DNA of 64,000 nucleotides from Elainellaceae cyanobacterium (GTDB lineage: Bacteria > Cyanobacteriota > Cyanobacteriia > CAKZMO01), in assembly GCA_050331115.1 (NCBI GenBank), contig JBHJHD010000019.1:67390-131389 (forward strand). Reading direction: 5' to 3'. The stretch's first letter is position 1. Every line of letters starts with the position of its first letter. The notes under the pieces were generated by a model that was not told where the DNA came from, did not search any database, and saw nothing but the letters and a program-made list of their open reading frames with translations. The translations under genes and the position numbers were made by a program. Shown here piece by piece: positions 25,964-37,233 of this stretch.

Positions 25964-26883
25964 TGCGCCCAATCCAACGCGCCCAACTTAACGTGCCTAT
26001 GACAGTTCCCGTGTCCCGCTGGCGTCTCGGCTGTAGTGCCTTAAGCATTGCCCTGCTGCTCACGGTTCCAGCGGCCTGCTCAATCGCCGATGAGCTGCCT
26101 ACGGCTAGCGTCCCGCTAACCCTGTCTAGCGAAGCGGCGGATCTTGCCCCCCTACTCGTGGACGTGGTTTACCTTGGAGAACGCCACGACAGCGCCGAAG
26201 ACCACGCTGCCCAGCTGGAGATCATCCAGGCGCTCTACGCCGAGGACCCCAACATGGCGATCGCCCTGGAGATGTTTCAGCGCCCGTTTCAGCCTGTGCT
26301 CGATCGCTACCTGGCGGGGGAAATCTCGGAGGCGGCGCTGGTGGCCCAAAGCGAATACGAGCAGCGCTGGGGCTTCCCCTGGGAATATTACGCCCCTATC
26401 CTGCAGTTTGCCCAGGCCCACCAGCTTCCCGTGCTGGCCCTCAACGCCCCCAGCGAGGTGGTGCGACAGGTGGCGCGGGAAGGCCTTGGGAGTCTGCAGG
26501 AGCAAGACTTTCGCTACATTCCGCCGCTGGATCAGCTCGATACCAGCGGCGCTGAGTATCGAGAATTCGTCGGGGCGGCATTTGGCGGCCACGGCGACCA
26601 CGGCAGCTTCGATTTCGAAAATTTCTTTGCCGCCCAGGTCGTATGGGACGAAACGATGGCGGCCACCGTTGCGTCGTTCAAGCGGGCCTCACCGGAGACG
26701 CGGGTGGTGGTGCTGGCAGGTAGCGGCCACGTCATGTACGGCTACGGCATCCCCAGCCGAGTGGCCCGGCGTTTAGAAGGACAGGTGGGCGAGCCCCTGC
26801 AGCAAACGACGGTGCTCATCAATCCGCCGGAGGCGCTAGCGGCGTCGGAGGATGCCGCAGATGTCTTTTGGCGTAGCGAGTAG
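25963..26883 (+). CDS. ChaN-like haem-binding lipoprotein (Cofac_haem_bdg/Tiki-type fold)
   Basis: Signal with lipobox-like TVPAAC. VVYLGERHDSAEDHAAQLEII, IALEMFQRPFQPVLDRY and LPVLALNAP resemble the ChaN/PF04187 family. Confidence 0.7.
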   Translation: MRPIQRAQLNVPMTVPVSRWRLGCSALSIALLLTVPAACSIADELPTASVPLTLSSEAADLAPLLVDVVYLGERHDSAEDHAAQLEIIQALYAEDPNMAIALEMFQRPFQPVLDRYLAGEISEAALVAQSEYEQRWGFPWEYYAPILQFAQAHQLPVLALNAPSEVVRQVAREGLGSLQEQDFRYIPPLDQLDTSGAEYREFVGAAFGGHGDHGSFDFENFFAAQVVWDETMAATVASFKRASPETRVVVLAGSGHVMYGYGIPSRVARRLEGQVGEPLQQTTVLINPPEALAASEDAADVFWRSE

Positions 26884-26891
26884 GCTGATAA

Positions 26892-27278
26892 TCAGGCCAG
26901 AGTTTCTGGGCAGTAGCCCAAGCCCCGCACAAACTCGGCCCTAAAGGCCTCAATCTCTGCTGCATCGGGAGAACCGTGGGATACAATCGCCACCTGGTAA
27001 CGGCGCATCACATCGACTGGGGACTGCCCCGTTTCCAGACCCCAAAAGGTCATCTTGAGGCGCACATCTGGGACGAAAGGAATACCAACCTCGTTGAGAA
27101 AGGCGCGAAAGTCGCCATCATCTTGAGGAGAGAGCGGGCGGGCCAGCTTAACTTTGATTACCCAACCGTCGATCTGATGGATAACGGTCATAAACCGAAC
27201 AGACTTTTGGGCCCGGTTGAGCGATTCAACCACTCTTAGGGTCAAGCTGGCATTTGCGAGGCGATACGTATAGTCCAT
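26892..27278 (-). CDS. hypothetical protein (128 aa)
   Basis: An ORF with codon usage like its neighbours. No family recognised. Confidence 0.45.
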   Translation of the reverse strand: MDYTYRLANASLTLRVVESLNRAQKSVRFMTVIHQIDGWVIKVKLARPLSPQDDGDFRAFLNEVGIPFVPDVRLKMTFWGLETGQSPVDVMRRYQVAIVSHGSPDAAEIEAFRAEFVRGLGYCPETLA

Positions 27279-27365
27279 CAGATGCTGGCTACTGTGCCGA
27301 TGCTACATTACTATTTTGACGGCAATTCCTAGGGATTTATATAGGGGACTTCCCCAACTTCCCTA

Positions 27366-28649
27366 GTGATAAAAGGGGGTTTTTCCCCAACTTTCGTAAC
27401 TACGGTAACTTCTGTGACTGCAAAATCAGAGATTAGTGGCTCCTCAGACCACAGCGATGCCCATCACATTGCCCGCAGCGCTCTAGATGGTTCAATCGAT
27501 CGCCAGCTTAGCGCCTACGACTACCATCTCCCTGAGGCCTGCATTGCCCAGCATCCCGCCTCTCCCCGCGATCGCTCTCGGCTGCTGGTGGTTGACGGCC
27601 CGACAGGCTGCCGTCACCAAACCTTTTGCGATCTGCCGCAGTGGCTGCGGGCGGGCGACCTGCTGGTGCTCAACAATACCCGGGTAATTCCGGCGCGGCT
27701 TATAGGCCGCAAGGCCAGCGGCCTTGCCGTAGAGGTGTTTTTACTGGAGGAGCGAGGGCCTGACTGCTGGCACGCCCTCGTTAAGCCGGGTAAGCGGCTA
27801 AAGCCCGGTGTTGAAGTCTATTTTGATGGACTCAATGCTCCTCTCAATACACCGACTGATGCACGGGCTACTGGTTCACCGGTTAGCAGCTCACCAGCTG
27901 TCGTTGGCGAAGTCCTAGCTGTAGAGCCAGCCACCGGAGGGCGATTGATTAAGTTTAGGGTTCCCGATAAGCGGCCGTTTCGCTCACTGCTGCCCCAGCT
28001 GGGGCAGGTGCCGCTCCCCCCTTATATCACCAGCACTGACGTTGGGGCAGAGCGGTATCAGACGGTCTACGGCGATCGCCCTGGTGCGGTGGCCGCGCCC
28101 ACCGCGGGCCTGCACTTTACCCCAGAGCTGCTCCAGACCTTAGAGGCCATGGGTGTGGGCGTGGCGACGCTGACGCTGCACGTGGGCATCGGAACCTTTC
28201 GCCCGGTGGAGCGTGAAGACATTGCGGCCCACAAAATGCACGGTGAGTGGATTGAGGTAACGCCGGCGGTGGTCGCTGCGGTTCAGCAGACGCGGGCGCG
28301 GGGTGGGCGGGTGATCGCGGTGGGAACCACCAGCGTTCGCGCCCTAGAGGGAGCCGCGCAGGGCGAAACGCTGCAGCCCTACTGCGGCCAAACCAGCATC
28401 TTCATCTATCCGGGCTACCGCTGGCGGGTCATCGACGGCCTGATCACCAATTTCCACCTGCCCAAATCCAGCCTGATGATGATGGTGAGCGCCCTAATTG
28501 GCCGTCAGCGCCTGCTGGATCTCTATCAGCTGGCGATCGCCCAGGCCTACCGGTTTTACTCTTTTGGCGACGCGATGCTAATTCTGCCCGAAGCCCAGCT
28601 GCCCGAAGCCCAGCTGCCTGAAGCCCAGCTGCCCAACGCTCAGCTCTAG
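27366..28649 (+). CDS. queA: S-adenosylmethionine:tRNA ribosyltransferase-isomerase
   Basis: YDYHLPEACIAQHP, LLVLNNTRVIPARL, PLPPYI, AAPTAGLHFT, VGTTSVRALE and FYSFGDAML motifs. Start is uncertain (GTG 27366 or 27414). The C-terminus carries a 15-nt x4 repeat (PEAQL). Confidence 0.92.
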   Translation: MIKGGFSPTFVTTVTSVTAKSEISGSSDHSDAHHIARSALDGSIDRQLSAYDYHLPEACIAQHPASPRDRSRLLVVDGPTGCRHQTFCDLPQWLRAGDLLVLNNTRVIPARLIGRKASGLAVEVFLLEERGPDCWHALVKPGKRLKPGVEVYFDGLNAPLNTPTDARATGSPVSSSPAVVGEVLAVEPATGGRLIKFRVPDKRPFRSLLPQLGQVPLPPYITSTDVGAERYQTVYGDRPGAVAAPTAGLHFTPELLQTLEAMGVGVATLTLHVGIGTFRPVEREDIAAHKMHGEWIEVTPAVVAAVQQTRARGGRVIAVGTTSVRALEGAAQGETLQPYCGQTSIFIYPGYRWRVIDGLITNFHLPKSSLMMMVSALIGRQRLLDLYQLAIAQAYRFYSFGDAMLILPEAQLPEAQLPEAQLPNAQL

Positions 28650-28660
28650 GGTTTAGGGGA

Positions 28661-29623
28661 TCAGGCCAGCACCTCTAGGGTGCCGCGATCGCCGTCGAGC
28701 TGCGCCGTCGAGCCTATGGGTAGAGCTGCGTTGGGGCCGTCGTGGCCGAAGGGCAAACCTGACACCACGGGAATGCCTAAGTCCCCCAGGCGATCGCGCA
28801 GCACTTCACCTACCGTGAAGCTGGGCCGATTCCCTGAGGGGTCACAGCGGCTAAAGCGCCCTAGGGCAACGCCGCTCAAAGTCCGCAGCGCGCCCGTCAT
28901 GCGCCAGTAGGTCAGCATACGGTCGAGCCGGTAGGGGGCCTCAGACACATCTTCTAACGCTAAGATTACGCCGGTTAAGTCGGGCTGGTGGGGGGTGTTG
29001 AGGAGATGGGTCGCTACCGTAAGGTTGGCGGGCATCAGCCGGCCCCGCGCCGTTCCCCCGCCCCAGCCCTGCCCCGTCAGCGGTGGAATTGGCCGCCCGG
29101 CGACCCAGTCAAACAGGCGCTGGGCCGACCATTCGGGCTCCTGGGCTAGCGTCGTGAGCAGCGGGCCATGGACCCCGTAGACCGCTTCTTGGCAGGCGGC
29201 GCTCCACAGCAGGCTCGTCACATCTGAAAATCCGATCAGCCACGGTCGATGGGGATAGGCCTCAGAAGAGGCTTGAGGCGGCGCTTGAGACGGCGCTTGA
29301 GACGGTATTTGCGGCCAGCGCCAGGTTTCCAAAAGCCGCGTCCCACCGTAGCCGCCCCGGGCGCAGAGGATGCCGCAGCAGCTAGGGTCGGTCATTGCGC
29401 GCCGAAGCTGGTCTCGCCTGTGGCGATCGCTGCCGGCCAAATATCCCCAGCCCTGGTCATAGCCCGGGGTTAGCCCGATCTCGTAGCCTTGGGCCCGCCA
29501 CAGCGCTACCCCCGCCTCAAAAGCCTGGCGCTCCTGCAGCACGCCGCTGGGGGCAATTACGGTGAGGCGATCGCCGGGCCGGAGCGGCCTGCCGCAGTCA
29601 TTCCCTGCCATACCCGTTGCCAA
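28661..29623 (-). CDS. LD-carboxypeptidase (S66 family, LdcA/MccF-like)
   Basis: PGDRLTVIAPSG, CARGGYGGTRLL, catalytic-Ser context GFSDVTSLL, then EDVSEAPYRLDRML and GLPFGHDGPN. Internal 12-nt x3 repeat insert (SQAP). Confidence 0.85.
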   Translation of the reverse strand: MATGMAGNDCGRPLRPGDRLTVIAPSGVLQERQAFEAGVALWRAQGYEIGLTPGYDQGWGYLAGSDRHRRDQLRRAMTDPSCCGILCARGGYGGTRLLETWRWPQIPSQAPSQAPPQASSEAYPHRPWLIGFSDVTSLLWSAACQEAVYGVHGPLLTTLAQEPEWSAQRLFDWVAGRPIPPLTGQGWGGGTARGRLMPANLTVATHLLNTPHQPDLTGVILALEDVSEAPYRLDRMLTYWRMTGALRTLSGVALGRFSRCDPSGNRPSFTVGEVLRDRLGDLGIPVVSGLPFGHDGPNAALPIGSTAQLDGDRGTLEVLA

Positions 29624-29740
29624 ATCTATCGCTGCATGTATCTTTCTTAAGACATGTATAAATCATTCTACGTATAGGGTACATTATTTTATACAGGCAG
29701 CAATAGACTTAGCTGAGCTCGCATCGCAGGCCGCGCCACA

Positions 29741-29845
29741 GCACAGTAGCCTGAGGCACAGTAGCCTGAGGCATAGAGGCTGAACGCATAGAAACTGAAC
29801 GCACAGTGGCCTGACGCATAGTGGCCTGACGCATAGTGACCTGAC
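29741..29845. repeat. intergenic 15-nt tandem repeat, 7 copies (minisatellite)
   Basis: GCACAGTAGCCTGAG x2, GCATAGAGGCTGAAC, GCATAGAAACTGAAC, GCACAGTGGCCTGAC, GCATAGTGGCCTGAC, GCATAGTGACCTGAC, contiguous with no spacers. Confidence 0.9.
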
Positions 29846-30090
29846 GCTATCAGCATTTTGGGGCAAAATATCTTTGCCCTAACTTCATCCGCAGTTTATT
29901 TCCACTTCAATGTGGGAAGGCTAATTTATAGGTGGGTTGAGTCAAAACAGGGCTTTTAACCTGCCTATGTCTAGCCTCCTATGATTATCTGCCCCGCCTT
30001 ATCTTGGGGCGCTTACTATACACCAGCTGCTAAGCGGCGAACTAATCGCTGCTAATTCTCCTTGGTATCTTGACAGCGTATCTCTCATTG

Positions 30091-30116
30091 ACCCAGCTTC
30101 GGCTGGGTTTTTTATT
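30091..30116 (+). terminator. intrinsic terminator-like hairpin (7-bp GC-rich stem, TTCG loop, T-tract) oriented on the + strand
   Basis: ACCCAGC-TTCG-GCTGGGT (30091-30108) followed by TTTTTATT. On the minus strand no U-tract follows the hairpin. Confidence 0.6.
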
Positions 30117-30140
30117 GGCGTTTTTATTTTACTGGCGCTT

Positions 30141-33438
<3,298 letters not shown>

Positions 33439-33651
33439 CGTACTGCTAATTTACCCAATTAATGCTGTCAAGCCCCGCTGGTGAGATTGGGGCAAGGGAA
33501 CTCCGTATATTTTTACGAACCTGTTCACGTACCCTACCGCATTCAGGCCTTGAGGTGAACGAATTCTATAAAAAATATTAAGGGAGTCCAAGGGTGTGCC
33601 CTATAGCGATGAGGCCCTAAGGTAAACAAACCTTAATGTAGACGAGGCTCG

Positions 33652-34737
33652 CTAGTCTACTTCAACCCAAGTACGGCTTTGGTTAGACCGGTGCACTAAA
33701 TCCATCAGCTTTTGGGTGTGAAGCCCTTCTACAAGGGAGGGTGACGTGCTCTGGCCTTGATCGATATCGTTTATCCAGTGGTCTACGACTCTGATGAAAG
33801 GCGCGAGTCGCCCATCGGGATAGACGTGCCCGAACCGCAGTCGGGACGGAATCTCGATCTCCTGCAGCGGCTGGCCGGCTTCGGCCGCCCACAGGCGAAA
33901 CCCATGCACGTAGTCTTTCAGGTTGTCGCTTCCCAACACCACCGTACCGCGATCGCCATATACCTCCACCCAGTGTCCCCGCCCGGCATAGGTCGCGGCG
34001 CTAAAGACGGCGTGTACGGGGATACCATCGCCAAGCTCCAGCATAATCTGGCAGACGTCGTCGCTGTCCACCGGCTTCAACGTCTCGGTTTCAGGGTCAG
34101 GCCGCTGCGCTATGCTGGTGCTGAGATGGGCGCACAGGCGCTCAACGGGGCCAAACAGCCAGGTTACATAGTCGAGGGCGTGAGACCCGACAGCCCCCAA
34201 AACGCCGCCGCCAAGATCTTTCTGAGCGTACCAGTTCCAGGCCCGTTCGGGGTTGGCGCGACCCGGCACCAGCCAGTCAATTTTGACCAGGCGGGGGCGG
34301 CCCACAAACCCTTCCTTTAAGAGCTCAGCCAGCCGCTGCCAAGCGGGGACGTAGCGAAACTCAAAGTCCAGGCAGGTGACAATACCCTTGGCCTGCGCTA
34401 AATCCTGTAGCGCTTCAGCGTCTTGAGCCGTCAGCGTCGTCGGTTTCTCTAGCAGCAGATGCCTGCCGCTGTTGATGACGGTGCGGGCCATCTCGTAATG
34501 CAAGAAGGGCGGCGTGGAGATGCTCACCGCCTGGACGTTGGGGCTGCTGGCCAGAGCGTCTACCGTATCGTACGCCTCCGGAATATCGTGCTCTGCTGCG
34601 ATCGCTCTAGCGCTGTCTAGGTCTCTGTGGTAAACCGCTGCGAGCTGGGTTCTGGGATGAGCTTGAAATCCAGGGATATGAATCTTTCGCCCAAATCCAG
34701 TACCAACAATACCAACGCCGATAGGAAACTGTGTCAT
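33652..34737 (-). CDS. Gfo/Idh/MocA-family NAD(P)-dependent oxidoreductase
   Basis: N-terminal Rossmann motif GVGIVGTGFG. EKP motif (LLLEKPT). Family-typical C-terminal alpha/beta domain. Confidence 0.85.
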   Translation of the reverse strand: MTQFPIGVGIVGTGFGRKIHIPGFQAHPRTQLAAVYHRDLDSARAIAAEHDIPEAYDTVDALASSPNVQAVSISTPPFLHYEMARTVINSGRHLLLEKPTTLTAQDAEALQDLAQAKGIVTCLDFEFRYVPAWQRLAELLKEGFVGRPRLVKIDWLVPGRANPERAWNWYAQKDLGGGVLGAVGSHALDYVTWLFGPVERLCAHLSTSIAQRPDPETETLKPVDSDDVCQIMLELGDGIPVHAVFSAATYAGRGHWVEVYGDRGTVVLGSDNLKDYVHGFRLWAAEAGQPLQEIEIPSRLRFGHVYPDGRLAPFIRVVDHWINDIDQGQSTSPSLVEGLHTQKLMDLVHRSNQSRTWVEVD

Positions 34738-34839
34738 GAATGGGGATGCGATACAAAAAAATTGTTGATAATGAAATTAAGTAATCTGTTGGGAAATTAA
34801 ATTCCCCTACGAACTAAGCAGTCTTATAAGACGCAAAAG

Positions 34840-34887
34840 CTGATTTATAAAGTAAATCTTAACAATAAACTGATTTATAAAGTAAAT
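34840..34887. repeat. 18-nt direct repeat (30-nt period) in an AT-rich spacer next to the IS remnant
   Basis: CTGATTTATAAAGTAAAT at 34840-34857 and 34870-34887. Confidence 0.85.
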
Positions 34888-34936
34888 ATTAAACATAAGA
34901 GGTTTTAATCTTTGTCGGAAAGCCAGCCGTCTCAAG

Positions 34937-35226
34937 CTACTCGGAGAGCATGCTATCTATAGCTTGTCGCCGTTTTGCCGCTGGCCGAGCAGCCACTCGA
35001 TGCCGCTGTACAAGGCTCGATTGGGCGATCGCTGGGGTGACGCAGGTCAAACCCTCAGAAAGCTCCTCGTTGAGCTGACGGACACTTAACCGCATCGTCC
35101 GCCAGAGCCTTCTCGCTGCCATGCCTGAAAATAGCCGTATACCGTACCGCACGGGGGAAGGTCGTGGGGCTGCACTCCCACTGACAGACCGAATGCACCA
35201 GGACATTTGCCTAGCATAGGCTTAGG
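34937..35226 (-). pseudogene. remnant of an IS5/IS4-superfamily transposase (N-terminal DUF4096-like part, frameshifted and truncated)
   Basis: Two minus-strand frames read ...HDLPPCGTVYGYFQAWQREG and then ...LWRTMRLSVRQLNEELSEGLTCVTPAIAQSSLV. These resemble the conserved LP..F.PW.TVY.YF..W...G.W...L....R...GR...PSAAIIDSQSVK segment. No DDE domain follows. Confidence 0.45.
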
Positions 35227-35270
35227 CCCGGTTGAATGGTCTTCCAATTCTTTTTGGGAATGGTCCTGGT

Positions 35271-37022
35271 CTACTCTGGGGATAGCTCTGGGGATAGCTC
35301 TGGGGACGGCGCTGCTCCAGAATCGCTCGGAGCGGCCCACCATGCCAGGGCGTAGGGCTGTACGGCGTCGTTGACCTGCGCCTCATACACCACGCGAATT
35401 TTATAGCGGCCCGTTTCTGGAATCTGCTGAAAAATATGCTCGACGCTGTCGACCTCGCTGACGGACTGCCAAACGCTATCGTCGGTGTCGTCTTCGTCTG
35501 CGGGCAGCAGGTAGAGGTTGAGGTCGTTGAGGCCGTGGTTTTCAAAGCTTTCGCCTAGGTCATACTGGCTGTTCTCGTCGAGGTCGTTGAGGGTGACCTT
35601 ACGGCTCCAGGCTAGGGTGATGGAGACGAAGCTGCCCGCCTGGAGAGACTCGTCAATTACATAGTCCCGGTAGGCTGGCATCCCGGTCTCATCCTCAGCA
35701 TCATCTTCGGCAACTGTGCGATAGTCCCAGCCCTGGGCTGAGACTGGATCTCCTAGAGTGCCGTCCGGCGATCGCCCACTGGGGGGCTGCTGTCCGGCGC
35801 TGAACTGCTCGTAGGCGCGGTAGGCGTTGAGGTGGCCGGTACCCAGATCTGCGCTGAGGGGGCGAGTGTCGTCGAGATAGGCGTCGGAATCGAGCCAGGT
35901 TTGATTGCGGGGGGTGCGCAGGGTGCGGCTCATGCCCAAATACTGGCCCGAGCTATCGTCTTCGATTTTATCGGCGGCGTTGAGCATCACGGCCTTGGCG
36001 ACTTGAGGATTGCGGGAGTCGAGGCTCCAGTCGGGGCGGTTTTGCTGCAGCTGGCGATCGCCGTACTCCTGCAGCAGGGCCACGGTGGCGGTGACGTGGG
36101 GTGCGGCAAAGCTGGTGCCAGAAGCGCGGATAGTGCTGCCGTCTGGGTTGACCATCGTCAGGTTGCTGCCGGGAGCCACAAGGCTGATAGAGCGGCGCGG
36201 GCCGACGTTACTCTCCAGCTCTTCCCGCCGCCCGATAATCACTTCAGGCTCGCTGCCGAGGCTGGAAAAGTCTACCTTGGTAAAGGCACCGTCCACCTGC
36301 ACCGAGTTGGCGACCGTGAGGCCGTTGAACAGGTCCGTGGGGATAGGGATGCCGCCCCGACCCTGATTTCCCGCAATCACGTACAGAACGCCGTGCTCAT
36401 TCGAGGACCAATCAATGCACTGGGTCAGCAGGGCGTCGCCGTCTAGCATGGCCTCCGGGCGCGGATCTCGGGCCAGGGGTTCGCCAAAGCTAAAGTTGAT
36501 GGCCCGTACGTCCCCACCGTTTTGCTGCGCCACGGTTTGGGAGGCGAGACATTCCTCGGGCTGAGCGCCCCGGCGCAGCGCGCCCACAGCGGAGGAGTAA
36601 AGTCTGGCGTCGGGGGCAACCCCCGTGAGCCGCTTGTCTTGGCTGATCATGACGCTGGCGACGTTGGTGGCGTGGCCGTCCACCAGCTCATTGGCGAGGG
36701 GCGGGTTGTCTTGTCTAAACACCTGGTCGACGCGCACCACGCGATTTTGCTGAGGGATCTTGTCGAGGCGGTAGCGCGCCGGGCGGCCAATTTCAACCTG
36801 GCCAATGGCGATCTTGGCACCGGTGATATTGAAGGGGGTCTGGTGCAGCCGCAGCGCGTCGATTCCCGCCTCGCCCACAGAGTTCACCAGGGCCACAACT
36901 GGCGCCACCATCGGTATGGCAATCGCTAAGGCGACACCGCCCGCCAGCTTGGTCAAGCGCGATGCGGTGCGGCGTAATGCTTTCTGGCGCGATACTTTCT
37001 GGCGCGACGCTCTTTGAGCCAT
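35271..37022 (-). CDS. S8 (subtilisin-like) serine peptidase, membrane-anchored or secreted
   Basis: GTSFAAPHVTATVALL Ser motif and DGHATNVAS His motif. N-terminal basic segment plus TM. The Asp-box position reads IGQVEIG (see findings). Terminal short repeats. Confidence 0.8.
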   Translation of the reverse strand: MAQRASRQKVSRQKALRRTASRLTKLAGGVALAIAIPMVAPVVALVNSVGEAGIDALRLHQTPFNITGAKIAIGQVEIGRPARYRLDKIPQQNRVVRVDQVFRQDNPPLANELVDGHATNVASVMISQDKRLTGVAPDARLYSSAVGALRRGAQPEECLASQTVAQQNGGDVRAINFSFGEPLARDPRPEAMLDGDALLTQCIDWSSNEHGVLYVIAGNQGRGGIPIPTDLFNGLTVANSVQVDGAFTKVDFSSLGSEPEVIIGRREELESNVGPRRSISLVAPGSNLTMVNPDGSTIRASGTSFAAPHVTATVALLQEYGDRQLQQNRPDWSLDSRNPQVAKAVMLNAADKIEDDSSGQYLGMSRTLRTPRNQTWLDSDAYLDDTRPLSADLGTGHLNAYRAYEQFSAGQQPPSGRSPDGTLGDPVSAQGWDYRTVAEDDAEDETGMPAYRDYVIDESLQAGSFVSITLAWSRKVTLNDLDENSQYDLGESFENHGLNDLNLYLLPADEDDTDDSVWQSVSEVDSVEHIFQQIPETGRYKIRVVYEAQVNDAVQPYALAWWAAPSDSGAAPSPELSPELSPE

Positions 37023-37233
37023 AACCTACTTCCCATATCCCAGGTTTACTCCCCCTCTATCATGCCTGAAGTCTAAGGTGAACCGCAGTGATTTGTAGGC
37101 GCTATCTAATCGCCTCAATGTTAATGGTCTCGATAGAGATACCTCTAAGCTAGCCCCTCCAAATCAGATTCAGGCAGTATCTTTAGAATAAGAAGCAGTC
37201 TGGCGATCGCTAATCGGTTCTTTAACAGAGTTT

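Noticed and set aside
16563-26883. The haem island as a recent horizontal acquisition or genomic island.
   Set aside because: HIP1 (GCGATCGC) sites occur inside ccsA-like, ccsB-like, both cytochrome c genes, the 5-TM gene, the thioredoxin gene and the ChaN-like gene. Composition looks like the flanks. No integrase, tRNA or direct-repeat boundaries were seen. An ancient transfer cannot be excluded without phylogenies.
29741-29845. CRISPR array.
   Set aside because: The repeat units are only 15 nt and directly abut each other with no spacers. No cas genes or leader are nearby. This is a minisatellite.
29562-29866. ORFs 29562..29783 (+) and 29684..29866 (-).
   Set aside because: Their sequences (SSLRHSSLRH; LCVRPLCVRPLCVQFLCVQ) are direct translations of the 15-nt minisatellite.
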